Below, in pieces: positions 19,273 to 29,934 of a DNA stretch of 64,000 bases. Position numbers and translations under genes: made by a program. The DNA is taken from IMG/VR virus record IMGVR_UViG_3300023174_003623, positions 90,778-154,777 of that record, one strand, 5' to 3'. The DNA comes from a virus. Numbering within the stretch: position 1 is the stretch's first letter; each line of letters starts with the position of its first letter. A model generated the notes under the pieces. The model saw only the letters and a list, made by a program, of their open reading frames with translations, did not search any database and was not told the DNA's origin.

Positions 19273-21183
19273 ATGCTCAAGTTCAGTAAATTTATAGTTG
19301 AAAGTGTTCAAGAAGAACATAATGAAGTTCCAATAGAGCAAGATAGACAGAATACACTTTTTGGAACAAATGATTATGTGCCATTTCATGAAGGCGATAA
19401 GTTTAATGAATCTTATATTGTAGAATCAGTTGAAGACCACCCTGATAATCCTGCAAGATTAGTTTTTAGAGGTAGCGGCGCTGCAAAGGGTATTGTTGTG
19501 CCTCGACATATGTGGGAAGGCAGTAAACCTACAGACCCAAATGCACCGGTCAAATTGGGTAAAGATGGTAAGCCTAAAAAACAAAACCGAACGATGGGAA
19601 TGCGAGATAGAAATAAACTTAGAGCACAAGTATATGGTGGTGAAAATAGAGATCCATTAACTTTAGGTCAAATAGAAAATGTTCATAAACAAACTTTAGA
19701 TGAGCATTTTGCAAAACCTAAATCTCAACAAATTGAAGCAGAAAAAGCCGCAATATCAAGATTACAAGCTGCTGGTCATTTAGGTAAGAACGGTGATACT
19801 ACGGATGAGGGTGAAAAAACTGATACCGTCCAAAATGAATATGATGAGAAAGGTAGATCTTTTGTTGCTTCTGCTTCCAAAGGTGTTGCTGGTCATGCTC
19901 TTTATACTTCTGGTTATGGTGAAAATGAAAGACATCATATTTTAAACACTTGCCCTGCTCAAACCGTAGGTTGTGGTGGTGGCGTTGATGCACATGGTGT
20001 GGCTGATACGTCTAAAGGTGGGTGTTTTGCACCTAACGCTGAAGCTCAATATGTTGCCGCTTCAGTTAAAAGAGCTTGTCATGAACAAGCTAAACATGAC
20101 CCAGCAATGACCCGTGATTGGATTCTAGCTCATGCTCATTCTTTACGAAATCGAGCAGATGAAGCAGATAAACAAGATAAAAGAACATTATTTAGACCAA
20201 ACGTAGTAGATGAAACTGATAGAACCTCGCGTCATTTAATTAATCATTTGAATGCTCAACGGGCAACAGAAGACAATCCAAGTCGCCCCGGTGAATCAAA
20301 ACCACCAATTATTGCTAATTCTTATGGTAAGACTAATGAATTACATGATCCCGAAAATAATTATCATGTAACTTATTCAAATACTGGGCCTAAAGTAAAA
20401 AATGGTGGTTTTATTCATGAAAATATGCGAAAAGATAAACAGAGAATTAGGAATACAATCAACGCTACACGAAATGCTGTAGGTGAAGACATCGTTAATG
20501 ATCAAGGTAATAAGACACCACCTAAAGGCTCATATTTAGTAACAGACATGAGAAGAGGTAAAAAACTAGATCAAGAATATCAAAAAAACATAACTCATAT
20601 TAAATATTGGTCTGGACCTAGAGAAGAAAATGAATTATCTTCTGCTGAAAAAAAGGAAGGACCAGAAGGTCATTATGATGGTAATGGTAAGGCAACCACT
20701 CCAGATAAAGCTCATTATGGACATAAGACTATCAACGGAAGGCGATATGATTATCAAAAACAACATGTAGTACATCCTCGGTTAGTAAAGGTTGGTGATA
20801 AATTAATTCCAACAGACTCAAGATTTAAAGATGAAGATTTCTTACCAAAAGAAAGATTTAAATCTAAGAATGGTAAAACTCCCGGTGGCATTTTAGTTAC
20901 TACACCAACTACATCTACAAGCAAGATAAAACATGAATCGGAGTTTAATCACCATGTTGGACCTGAGACTATTGAACATGCTAAAATGAATAACGGTGAG
21001 CATGAAATTGATAAGCCAGAAGATCAAGAAGCTGCTCGTGGTAATCCTTTTGTTAACCCATCAATGGAAACGGCTGTAAAATCCGCCAAATCAAAATCCG
21101 ACAAAGTAAGGCAGAAAGTTGGTCGCCCCATGACGGGTGTTGAACGTGCAATTGCAAGAGCAAAGGGTCAGCAAATAGACTAA
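19273..21183 (+). CDS. Large hypothetical protein with capsid-targeting-like N-terminus and GP88/DUF7227-like Cys domain
   Basis: MLKFSKFIVE start; TCPAQTVGC...GCF, RPNVVD, SYGK, NYHVTYS; TATAAATA at 19234. Confidence 0.55.
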   Translation: MLKFSKFIVESVQEEHNEVPIEQDRQNTLFGTNDYVPFHEGDKFNESYIVESVEDHPDNPARLVFRGSGAAKGIVVPRHMWEGSKPTDPNAPVKLGKDGKPKKQNRTMGMRDRNKLRAQVYGGENRDPLTLGQIENVHKQTLDEHFAKPKSQQIEAEKAAISRLQAAGHLGKNGDTTDEGEKTDTVQNEYDEKGRSFVASASKGVAGHALYTSGYGENERHHILNTCPAQTVGCGGGVDAHGVADTSKGGCFAPNAEAQYVAASVKRACHEQAKHDPAMTRDWILAHAHSLRNRADEADKQDKRTLFRPNVVDETDRTSRHLINHLNAQRATEDNPSRPGESKPPIIANSYGKTNELHDPENNYHVTYSNTGPKVKNGGFIHENMRKDKQRIRNTINATRNAVGEDIVNDQGNKTPPKGSYLVTDMRRGKKLDQEYQKNITHIKYWSGPREENELSSAEKKEGPEGHYDGNGKATTPDKAHYGHKTINGRRYDYQKQHVVHPRLVKVGDKLIPTDSRFKDEDFLPKERFKSKNGKTPGGILVTTPTTSTSKIKHESEFNHHVGPETIEHAKMNNGEHEIDKPEDQEAARGNPFVNPSMETAVKSAKSKSDKVRQKVGRPMTGVERAIARAKGQQID

Positions 21184-21199
21184 AGGTAAATACTATATT

Positions 21200-21592
21200 A
21201 TGAATCCATTTGATTATGTGAAATCGATTAATGAATCGAAAGTGAATTTGATGGTTGATACAGAGAATGATGAGTTGGCAGAGAAGGATTATGTTCCCTT
21301 TCTGACCAACAAGTCATTCTCGTATCATATTGACACAATCCTCTATGCAAACGAAATTAATCAGTTTGCACACATGGATAACAAGCTTCAATATGAATAC
21401 TATCTAAACGGTATTCCTAAAAAGAAGCGGTTTAGCCAGTGGACAAAGAAAACCTCCAATGAAGATTTAGATATTGTAGCTGAATATTACAGTTGCAATT
21501 ACATTCGTGCTGCCGAAATCTTGACAATTATAAATAAAAAACAGTTCAGTCTGATTAAAAATAAATTGCAAAAAGGCGGGACAAATGAATAG
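21200..21592 (+). CDS. gp62: Clamp loader small subunit
   Basis: NPFDYVKSIN, YVPFLTNKSFS, KKRFSQW. Confidence 0.92.
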   Translation: MNPFDYVKSINESKVNLMVDTENDELAEKDYVPFLTNKSFSYHIDTILYANEINQFAHMDNKLQYEYYLNGIPKKKRFSQWTKKTSNEDLDIVAEYYSCNYIRAAEILTIINKKQFSLIKNKLQKGGTNE

Positions 21593-21662
21593 ATCTGTGT
21601 AGTTGAAGGTTAGAAACAACTACTCCGATTATAATAAATTAAAAAAAGCGGAGTGAGTAAAC

Positions 21663-22058
21663 ATGAATGTAGTTGATTCCTTAGTAGAAGTGAGTCTCTT
21701 AGAACAAGAAGATTTTTTAAAGATTAAAGAAACTTTGACTCGTATTGGTGTTGCTTCAAAGAAAGATAATACTTTATATCAATCTTGTCATATTCTTCAT
21801 AAACAAGCAAAATATTACATCGTACACTTTAAAGAACTTTTCATGTTAGATGGTAAGCCGTCTAACTTTTCAGATGATGATAAAGCCAGACGAAATACTA
21901 TTGCCACTTTATTAGAACAGTGGGGTCTTCTTAAAGTTGTTCGTCCAGAGTACATTGCAGAAATGATGGCACCAATTAGTCAAATCAAAATTATCTCTCA
22001 TAAAGAAAAAGATGATTGGGAATTGGTAGCGAAATATAATATAGGCAGAAAAAAATGA
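21663..22058 (+). CDS. regA: Translational repressor
   Basis: DFLKIKETLTRIGVAS, LYQSCHILHKQ, YYIVHFKELF. Confidence 0.97.
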   Translation: MNVVDSLVEVSLLEQEDFLKIKETLTRIGVASKKDNTLYQSCHILHKQAKYYIVHFKELFMLDGKPSNFSDDDKARRNTIATLLEQWGLLKVVRPEYIAEMMAPISQIKIISHKEKDDWELVAKYNIGRKK

Positions 22059-22579
22059 TAGCAACTTTTAGGGAATTTGTAGAGACTATACCTGAGCATG
22101 AGCCTAAATTTAATAAACTTAGTGACGATCAAATTTCCAAAAGAGGAAACCTATCACATACTCTTGAGACTGACAGATTCCATGTAAAAGCTATCGATCA
22201 CAATGACGGGTTTAGAACTTATACCGTTCATGATAAAGCTACCGGAGAACATGTCGGTACTGTAGAAGGTCAGATGCTACATAAAGGCAAAACTTTCAGA
22301 GCAGAAGAAGTAACTAAGGATAGAACTTCTCATCCAAAAATGATGCATGAAGTCTATAATGCAATATTGAATAACGGAACTTCGATGATGAGTTCTGGGT
22401 CTATAAGCAAAACGGCACATAAGATCTGGGAACGCTTGCATTCTGAAGATAGACCTGTTAGACTAGTCAAAGATGGAAAGATTGTTCCAAATTCTAGTCC
22501 TGACTGGAAGAAAAATGTCCAAAAGCCTACATTAAAAAATATAGAAAATCCTACAGTTTATTTTGTAAGGGCTAAATAA
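22055..22579 (+). CDS. Hypothetical protein, capsid-targeting-like N-terminus, possible GNAT-like fold
   Basis: MIATFREFVE start; S-x-S-x-TAHKIWERL segment. Confidence 0.5.
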   Translation: MIATFREFVETIPEHEPKFNKLSDDQISKRGNLSHTLETDRFHVKAIDHNDGFRTYTVHDKATGEHVGTVEGQMLHKGKTFRAEEVTKDRTSHPKMMHEVYNAILNNGTSMMSSGSISKTAHKIWERLHSEDRPVRLVKDGKIVPNSSPDWKKNVQKPTLKNIENPTVYFVRAK

Positions 22580-24319
22580 ATGTTAAGATTCAAAGCTTTT
22601 TTATTAATTTCAGAAGAATTAAATGATTCACAACGTGAAGAATTTAATCAAATGCCTAGAGATCCAAAAGCCGTAAAAGCTACTGATCATTATTTTGGTG
22701 TAGGTAATGATGTTGTGTCTAAACCATTAGAAGGCACAATGGATAAATCTGAAATACACAAAGCTATTGAACGACATTTAGGACGATCCATTTCGCATCA
22801 AGATTACAAAAATGGTATAACAAATGATGAATATGGTCGTCAAACTAAACTTGGTAAACTTCTAACTAAAACAAAAGCACCTTCTACATTAGTTAATGGG
22901 TTTGCTAACGATAACACCAGACAAGGTAAAAAATTCACTGGGTTAACTGCAATAACTACTAGATCTCCGGGCGGAGATCCTAGTAAAGGTGATAAATCTG
23001 GTGTTGCAGGTCAAACCTCTTCTAATCAATCTTGGCAACAACAATCTTGCAAAAATGTAGAAACCGGTCTCCATAAAAAGTACCTACCACAAGAAATTAA
23101 ACATGGAACAGTTGTTACTTATTTACAAGATCATGAAGGGCGAGAATTAGCCAGAGCAACATTACAACCGCATATTAATGATCAAGGGCATACAGCATAT
23201 GCCGTAGATTCACATTATGGTATCGATCACGCTGGATTTAAAGCTCATGCAGAGCAATTAGCTAAAGATTTATCAGGACCACATAAAGGTGGTTCAATCG
23301 TTTATAAAAAACATCCTGATGTATATAATGATAATGGTTATACTACAATGATGCATCCTGATGTTGCACCAGAACATATAACTAAAGCATTAGATGATGA
23401 TGATAAATTAGTTCGTCTAGCAGCAATTAGTCACCCTAAAGCAACATCAGAACATATAACTAAAGCATTAGATGATCCAAACGAAGGAATTCGTAAAGCA
23501 GCACTTGAACACCCTAAAGTAACATCAGAACATATAACTAAAGCATTAGATAATACAAATGATTTTGTTCGTTTAGCAGCAATTAGACACCCTAAAGCAA
23601 CATCAGAACATATAACTAAAGCATTAGATGATCCAGCTGAATATATTCGTGACTCAGCACTTGAACACCCTAAAGTAACATCAGAACATATAACTAAAGC
23701 ATTAGATAATACAAATGATTTTGTTCGTCAAATAGCAATTAAACACCCTAAAGCAACACCAGAACATATAACTAAAGCTTTAAATGATCCAAGCATTGAA
23801 GTTCGTAGAGCAGCACTTGAACACCCTAAAGTGACATCAGAACATATAACTAAAGCTTTAAATGATCCAAGCAGTAGTGCAGGAGTTCGTCAAGCAGCAA
23901 TTAGACACCCTAAAGCAACATCAGAACATATAACTAAAGCTTTAAATGATCCAAGCAGTAGTACAGGAGTTCGTCTAGCAGCAATTAGTCACCCTAAAGC
24001 GACACCAGAACATATAACTAAAGCATTAGATGATACAAATGATTTTGTTCGTGAAATAGCAATTAGACGCCCTAATGCAACACCAGAACATATAACTAAA
24101 GCTTTAAATGATCCAAGCATTGAAGTTCGTAGAGAAGCACTTAAACACCCTAAAGTGACATCAGAACATATAACTAAAGCATTAGATGATGATGATGTAT
24201 TTCGTCGTGCAGCAGCACTTGAACACCCTAAAGTAACATCAGAACATATAACTAAAGCATTAAATGATCCAAGCAGAGAAATTCGTCAAATAGCAATGAA
24301 AAAACAAAAAGCTAAATAA
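22580..24319 (+). CDS. HEAT/LRV-like repeat protein
   Basis: 12 C-terminal repeats HPKxTxEHITKALxDxxxxVRxxAxx. Confidence 0.85.
   Translation: MLRFKAFLLISEELNDSQREEFNQMPRDPKAVKATDHYFGVGNDVVSKPLEGTMDKSEIHKAIERHLGRSISHQDYKNGITNDEYGRQTKLGKLLTKTKAPSTLVNGFANDNTRQGKKFTGLTAITTRSPGGDPSKGDKSGVAGQTSSNQSWQQQSCKNVETGLHKKYLPQEIKHGTVVTYLQDHEGRELARATLQPHINDQGHTAYAVDSHYGIDHAGFKAHAEQLAKDLSGPHKGGSIVYKKHPDVYNDNGYTTMMHPDVAPEHITKALDDDDKLVRLAAISHPKATSEHITKALDDPNEGIRKAALEHPKVTSEHITKALDNTNDFVRLAAIRHPKATSEHITKALDDPAEYIRDSALEHPKVTSEHITKALDNTNDFVRQIAIKHPKATPEHITKALNDPSIEVRRAALEHPKVTSEHITKALNDPSSSAGVRQAAIRHPKATSEHITKALNDPSSSTGVRLAAISHPKATPEHITKALDDTNDFVREIAIRRPNATPEHITKALNDPSIEVRREALKHPKVTSEHITKALDDDDVFRRAAALEHPKVTSEHITKALNDPSREIRQIAMKKQKAK
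23354..24301 (+). repeat. 12 tandem 78-bp (two 84-bp) coding repeats
   Basis: CAGAACATATAACTAAAGC is invariant in every unit. Confidence 0.92.
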
Positions 24320-24421
24320 ATTGTATAAATAGAGTTTGATATTGCCATGCCTTCGGGGTGGCGCGTTTGATAGTATCGCATAAACTATCAATTTATTAAT
24401 CTTGCCTAACAGGAGATACTT

Positions 24422-24892
24422 ATGACTAAGACATACTATGTCCCAAAAAATTGGGACGCCTTCAATTCGTTCTTTGTCGGATTTGATCACGTTTTCAACG
24501 AAGCTTCAAAACTTCATGACGACTTCACAAAGAGCATCCCCCACTATCCTCCGTACAACATCAAAAAAATCGATGAGAATAAGTACGCAATCGAGCTTGC
24601 AGTAGCTGGTTTCGGTCGTTCTGATATCGAGATTGAGTTTGTCGAAGATAAGCTAGTCATCACGGGCAATTCCAAAAATGACGATGCCAATCCTTACCTT
24701 TATAAGGGAATCAGTACTCGTGCCTTTACACGAACTTTTTCTCTAAATGACTCTATCGAAATTAAGGGTGCTGAGATTTTAAATGGTATTCTTCAGATTG
24801 TTCTGGAGCGTATTATTCCTGATCATAAGAAGCCCAAAAAGATCGAAATTAAAGAACCAACTACTAAACAGTTTCTTGCGGAGGAAAAATGA
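24422..24892 (+). CDS. hsp20: Small heat shock protein
   Basis: YPPYNI, IELAVAGF, YKGISTRAFTRTF, NGILQI. Confidence 0.96.
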   Translation: MTKTYYVPKNWDAFNSFFVGFDHVFNEASKLHDDFTKSIPHYPPYNIKKIDENKYAIELAVAGFGRSDIEIEFVEDKLVITGNSKNDDANPYLYKGISTRAFTRTFSLNDSIEIKGAEILNGILQIVLERIIPDHKKPKKIEIKEPTTKQFLAEEK

Positions 24893-24992
24893 ATCTTATT
24901 AAAGACAATACAGCTTTGTCACTTTTGATCTTATTTAATGCTTGTTCATTGATAAGTTATTTTATGAGAACTGGCATTTAATCTAAAAAAGG

Positions 24993-25018
24993 AAAGGGGA
25001 GATTTTGCTCCCCTTTTC
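24993..25018. terminator. Bidirectional terminator between convergent hsp20 and lysin
   Basis: AAAGGGGAG/CTCCCCTTT stem flanked by A and T runs. Confidence 0.7.
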
Positions 25019-25019
25019 A

Positions 25020-25637
25020 TTAAACTCCTAGGAGTTTAGCATATTCATAAGTGTGATTTTTGCGATCTTCTAACCCAATAGTGCCACCATTGATTTTTTT
25101 TGTCAATTCTGTAATTGCTATAAGATTGATGCCTTTATCGCAAATATCCCAAAGATTATTCTTATCAAAAAAGAACATAGCGGATTCAAAAGCAAGTTCA
25201 CCAGAAACAATGTCTGGGTTTGAAAGTATATCTGGGCGTCCAAAAGCTTTAGCAAAAGCAGCATAATTTTCACGACCAGTTAATTGAATAGCACCGCGCC
25301 CTCTGTATTTCCAACCATCACCAGAAGATTCATCACTATTTCCCATACGATTACTGTATACTTTATTAGCAATCTTTTCTGGATTTCTGGCATAAGGAGT
25401 AGCAGCAGAAATATCAGGGAAATACTTATGAAAGATCTTGACAAGTCCGTCTGCACTATAGTTTAGATTTTCTGATAGAGTTTTGAAGTTGCCACTTTCA
25501 TGAGCAGTTTGAGCAAAGAAATGAGCAGCACGAATTTTAGACATTTTATAATAATTTACTGCTGCTTTAAGAGTGTTTGCTCCCCATTCACCATCAGGAG
25601 TTACGCCAATTTTTGTTTGAAAATGTTTTAAACTCAT
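25020..25637 (-). CDS. GH19 endolysin with short peptidoglycan-binding-like N-terminus
   Basis: FFAQTAHES, ENLNYS, YRGRGAIQLTGRENY, KKINGG; minus-strand TATAAATA at 25700-25707. Confidence 0.92.
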   Translation of the reverse strand: MSLKHFQTKIGVTPDGEWGANTLKAAVNYYKMSKIRAAHFFAQTAHESGNFKTLSENLNYSADGLVKIFHKYFPDISAATPYARNPEKIANKVYSNRMGNSDESSGDGWKYRGRGAIQLTGRENYAAFAKAFGRPDILSNPDIVSGELAFESAMFFFDKNNLWDICDKGINLIAITELTKKINGGTIGLEDRKNHTYEYAKLLGV

Positions 25638-25659
25638 ATGAAAATCCTTTAAATATTAT

Positions 25660-25688
25660 TTGACTTACTGTTAAAATAGTAGTATAAT
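25660..25688 (+). promoter_or_regulatory. Sigma70-like promoter for gp43
   Basis: TTGACT-N17-TATAAT. Confidence 0.7.
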
Positions 25689-25718
25689 ACAATATAAAAT
25701 ATTTATATAGGAACAAAA

Positions 25719-28265
25719 ATGCATTTTTATACTTCCGTGATTCAACGAGGCGATAATATTCTATACAGAGGATATGAAAACGGAAAGCTTGTACAGAAGA
25801 AGATTCGATATAAACCTTACCTTTTCGTAGAGTCTTCTAATCCTTCTAAGTATAAAACCCTTCAAGATGTGTCTGTCCACAAAATGGATTTTGATTCTAT
25901 TGGTGATGCTAAAGAATTTGTAGAAACTCATGAGGGCGTTTCTAATTTTACTATTCATGGTCAAAGCCCTCGTTCATTTAATTATCTTTGGATTTATGAC
26001 AATTATCCTACTGAAATTGCTATTGATGTTGACTTGATTAAAGTTGTATACCTTGATATTGAGGTTGCTTCTGATGATGGGTTTCCTAAACCAGAATTTG
26101 CAGATAAAGAAGTTACTGCAATCGGTATGAAAATTAAGGATACTAAAATAGTACTTGGTTGTGGTAAGTATTCCGCGAACGATGATGTTAAGTATATTAA
26201 ATGCCGTGATGAAGCCCACCTTCTAGACTCTTTTTTGAGGGTATGGAAAGAAATCAATCCTGATATTATTACGGGTTGGAATGTTGAATCATTTGACGTA
26301 ATGTACCTCATCAATCGTATTAATAAAATTCTTGGTGATAACGAGGCAAGGCGGCTTTCACCTTGGAATATTATTGTAGAGAAGAAAGTCAGTCACGGTA
26401 AAGCAAATGGACATTTTACTGCGTATGATATTTTAGGTATTGCTATTCTTGATTACCTTCAGCTTTACAAGAAATTTACTTATAGTAATCAAGAATCTTA
26501 TAAGCTCGACCATATTGCCATGGTTGAACTTGGTGAGAAAAAACTTGATTATTCTGAGTATGGTAATCTATATGAGTTGTATCGAAATAATTATCAAATG
26601 TTCATCGATTACAATATCAAGGACGTAGAGCTTGTAGAACGTTTAGAGGATAAACTTAAACTTATTGAACTTGTTTTTGCAATGGCTTACAGTGCCAAAG
26701 TAAACTATGTGGATACTTTTGGTGTTGTAAAGCTTTGGGATATTGTCAGCCATAACTTCTTGTTAGATCGCAACATTGTAGTGACACCAAAGGAAAGCAT
26801 CCCTGATATTCCGTATGCGATGTTGAATTCACCAGAGAATCTTATGAATGATTCTATTGAAGAAGGATCATTTACTGGTGCGTATGTTAAGGTGCCACAA
26901 GTAGGAATGCACGAGTGGGTTTGTTCATTCGATTTGAACAGCCTATATCCACACCTTATCATGCAGTACAACATTTCACCAGAGACTTATGTCGAACAGG
27001 TTCCCGGTCAAAAGAATGTAGATACTTTCCTTCAAGGGGATGCTGATAATTGGAATACAGACCTAATCAAAACTGCGAATCGTTGTTTGTTTCGACGGGA
27101 TAAACAAGGATTTCTTCCTGAATTGATGGAATTGTATTACAACAAACGAACCATCTATAAGAAGAAGATGATCGAACTTCAGAAAGAATATCAAAAGAAT
27201 AAGTCTTATGAGCTAGAAAAGGAGATTGCTCGATACAACAATCTTCAGATGGCTTTTAAGATTATGTTGAATTCGGCGTATGGTGCTCTTGGCAATTCAC
27301 ATTTTAGATATTACCAGATTGCCCTTGCCGAATGTATTACTCTTTCAGGTCAGGTTGCGATTCGTTGGATTGAGAATGAAATGAATAGATATCTGAACAA
27401 GTTATTGAAAACGGATAAGGATTATATTATTGCCTCAGACACAGATTCAATTTATATCAATTTTAGTGAACTTGTAGATAAAGCGTTTGAAGGTAAAAAG
27501 AAAGATATCACAAAAGTTATTAATTATCTGAATAGAGTATGCGAAGAAAAACTTGAGCCTTTTATTGACGAGTGTTATAGGCATCTTGCAGTGTATACTA
27601 ATGCGTATGCTCAGAAGATGAAAATGAAGCGAGAGTCTATTGCCGACAAAGGTATCTGGACTGCCAAAAAGCGATACATTTTAAACGTATATGACTCAGA
27701 AGGTGTACGATATGCTGAACCCAAACTTAAGATGATGGGTATTGAAGCTATTAAATCATCTACTCCTTTGGCCTGTCGAGAGTCTATCAAAAATGCTTTA
27801 AAGATTATGATGACTCAAGACAATCAAGTACTTATTGAGTTTGTCAAGGATTTTCGTGAGAAATTTTCTAAGATGACTTTTGAAGAAATTGCCTTTCCTC
27901 GTGGATGTAATAATCTAGCCAAATATTCTAACGATGATTTAGTATATTCTAAGGGAACACCCATTCATGTTAAGGGTGCATTGTGGTATAATCTTCTAAT
28001 AAAGAAGAAGAATTTGGCAAAACGCTATCCTTACATTTCTGAGGGTGAGAAGATTAAGTTTTGTTATTTGATGCCGAATAAATACGGAATAACGGTTATT
28101 TCATCTCCAGCGGAATTACCTAAAGAATTAGATATTGAGCAGTTTATTGATTATGATACTCAGTTTGATAAGGCATTCATTGAACCTTTAAATGCAATTG
28201 CTGAAAAGATTAACTGGACAACAAAAGAAAACACTGCTACTACGCTGGACGACTTTTTTTTATGA
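25719..28265 (+). CDS. gp43: Family B DNA polymerase
   Basis: DIEV exonuclease motif, SFDLNSLYP, KIMLNSAYG, SDTDS, C-terminal clamp-binding LDDFF. Confidence 0.98.
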   Translation: MHFYTSVIQRGDNILYRGYENGKLVQKKIRYKPYLFVESSNPSKYKTLQDVSVHKMDFDSIGDAKEFVETHEGVSNFTIHGQSPRSFNYLWIYDNYPTEIAIDVDLIKVVYLDIEVASDDGFPKPEFADKEVTAIGMKIKDTKIVLGCGKYSANDDVKYIKCRDEAHLLDSFLRVWKEINPDIITGWNVESFDVMYLINRINKILGDNEARRLSPWNIIVEKKVSHGKANGHFTAYDILGIAILDYLQLYKKFTYSNQESYKLDHIAMVELGEKKLDYSEYGNLYELYRNNYQMFIDYNIKDVELVERLEDKLKLIELVFAMAYSAKVNYVDTFGVVKLWDIVSHNFLLDRNIVVTPKESIPDIPYAMLNSPENLMNDSIEEGSFTGAYVKVPQVGMHEWVCSFDLNSLYPHLIMQYNISPETYVEQVPGQKNVDTFLQGDADNWNTDLIKTANRCLFRRDKQGFLPELMELYYNKRTIYKKKMIELQKEYQKNKSYELEKEIARYNNLQMAFKIMLNSAYGALGNSHFRYYQIALAECITLSGQVAIRWIENEMNRYLNKLLKTDKDYIIASDTDSIYINFSELVDKAFEGKKKDITKVINYLNRVCEEKLEPFIDECYRHLAVYTNAYAQKMKMKRESIADKGIWTAKKRYILNVYDSEGVRYAEPKLKMMGIEAIKSSTPLACRESIKNALKIMMTQDNQVLIEFVKDFREKFSKMTFEEIAFPRGCNNLAKYSNDDLVYSKGTPIHVKGALWYNLLIKKKNLAKRYPYISEGEKIKFCYLMPNKYGITVISSPAELPKELDIEQFIDYDTQFDKAFIEPLNAIAEKINWTTKENTATTLDDFFL

Positions 28266-28282
28266 ACAATTTGAGGTAAAAT

Positions 28283-29203
28283 ATGTCATTTTTCAAAAAT
28301 CTTGTAGAAAGTATAAAAGATGAAGACACTAATATCGTTGCTGATGGTCAAGGTTCTTCAGAATTTAGTGGATTTATTGATACTGGGTCTTATATTCTCA
28401 ATGCAGTTGTTAGTGGTAGTATTTTTGGTGGTGTCCCAAATAATAAGATTACTGCTTTTGCTGGTGAATCTGCTACCGGAAAAACTTTCTTTGTGCTTGG
28501 GATTGTCAAAGCCTTCTTAGATGCAAATCCTACCGCTGGTGTTATGTATTATGATACTGAGGCTGCTGTTACCAAACAGATGATGGAGTCTCGCGGAATT
28601 GATACTAAGCGAGTAATTGTTGCTGAACCAGATACTATTCAGAAGTTTAGAACTCATGCCCTTAAGACGCTTGACTATTATGAAAAGGGTGGTGCAGACC
28701 GTCCTCCGTTTATGATGGTGCTTGATTCATTGGGTCTTCTATCTACCACAAAAGAAATGGAAGATACTGCTGAAGGTAAAGAGACTCGTGACATGACTAA
28801 ATCCCAAACTATTAAGGCTGCATTTCGAGTGTTGACTTTGAAGTTAGCAAAGGTCAAGGTTCCGCTTATTGTAACCAATCACGTTTATGATATCGTTGGC
28901 GCATATGTTCCCACCAAAGAAATTTCTGGTGGATGTTTGGTTGCAGGCACTAACGTCTTAACGCGCAGAGGGTTTGTTAGCATAGAAAATATTAGTACTA
29001 ACGATTTAGTGATGACTAAAGAAGGTGAATTTAAAAACGTATTAGAATGTCACACTTTTGATGATAAAGAACTATTGCAAATCCATTTAGAAGATGGGTC
29101 AAGTGTAACGTGTACACCAGAGCACAAATTTTTTATTAACAATCAATGGGTTGAAGCAAAAAACATTATTATAGGTGATGATCTGCAAACATTACAAAAA
29201 TAG
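28283..29203 (+). CDS. uvsX: UvsX recombinase N-extein fused to split intein N-half
   Basis: GESATGKT Walker A, LDSLG, VTNH...EISGG then intein block A CLVAGTNV (from 28934) and block B CTPEHKF; stop after 89 intein residues. Confidence 0.93.
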   Translation: MSFFKNLVESIKDEDTNIVADGQGSSEFSGFIDTGSYILNAVVSGSIFGGVPNNKITAFAGESATGKTFFVLGIVKAFLDANPTAGVMYYDTEAAVTKQMMESRGIDTKRVIVAEPDTIQKFRTHALKTLDYYEKGGADRPPFMMVLDSLGLLSTTKEMEDTAEGKETRDMTKSQTIKAAFRVLTLKLAKVKVPLIVTNHVYDIVGAYVPTKEISGGCLVAGTNVLTRRGFVSIENISTNDLVMTKEGEFKNVLECHTFDDKELLQIHLEDGSSVTCTPEHKFFINNQWVEAKNIIIGDDLQTLQK

Positions 29204-29227
29204 GTAGTGGTTTAAAGTATAAATTAA

Positions 29228-29268
29228 TAAATACATGTATGACGTTTAGGAGGTCTTGCATGTATTTA
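29228..29268 (+). promoter_or_regulatory. RBS/start-sequestering hairpin overlapping a late-like promoter of the HNH gene
   Basis: TAAATACATGTATGAC / GTCTTGCATGTATTTA stem with AGGAG in the loop; AATAAATA at 29226. Confidence 0.7.
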
Positions 29269-29934
29269 AATAACAAATATACAAATTGGTATATGAAATT
29301 GATGAATTCTAGAAAACAATTACCTAGAAAAAGAAAAGACGGTAATTGTTATGAATCTCATCATATTTTACCTAAAAGTTTAGGCGGCAGTAATCATAAA
29401 TCTAATTTAGTATTATTAACTCCAAGAGAACATTTTATAGCCCATTGTTTATTAATAAGAATGACCTATGGCGCACAAAAACGAAGTATGACATATGCAT
29501 TGGTGCGGTTTTTAGGTAAAAATATCGATAATCAACGGTATAAAATAACTTCTAGAATATATGAAAATATCATAAAAAATAATCGAATTTTTACTTTAGG
29601 TAAAAATAATCCCATGTATGGCAAACCTTGTTGGCATACAATGACAGAAGAAGAAAAAAGTGAATGGAAAACTAATATTAGTAAAGGGATGATGGGAGAA
29701 AAAAATCCATTTTATGGTAAAACACACAATCAAGAAACTCGAAATATTATATCACAAATCCGTTCTCAACCAATTTTAGTTAAATTCAATAATGGTTCAG
29801 AAATAACATTTACTCAATATAAATTTTTAGGTACTTACATTGGTAAATCTGAAGCATTAGGACAGAAATTATGCAAACCTCAACACAATAATTTATTGGC
29901 AAAATATGGAATAAAGGAAATTATAAAATTATGA
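29260..29934 (+). CDS. HNH homing endonuclease with NUMOD3 motifs
   Basis: [14 protein letters not shown]...[14 protein letters not shown]; NPMYGK and NPFYGKTH; AGGAGG RBS. Confidence 0.92.
   Translation: MYLNNKYTNWYMKLMNSRKQLPRKRKDGNCYESHHILPKSLGGSNHKSNLVLLTPREHFIAHCLLIRMTYGAQKRSMTYALVRFLGKNIDNQRYKITSRIYENIIKNNRIFTLGKNNPMYGKPCWHTMTEEEKSEWKTNISKGMMGEKNPFYGKTHNQETRNIISQIRSQPILVKFNNGSEITFTQYKFLGTYIGKSEALGQKLCKPQHNNLLAKYGIKEIIKL

Noticed and set aside
29204-29930. Group I intron interrupting uvsX
   Set aside because: Flanks of the HNH ORF are too short for a ribozyme core; the split intein explains the break.
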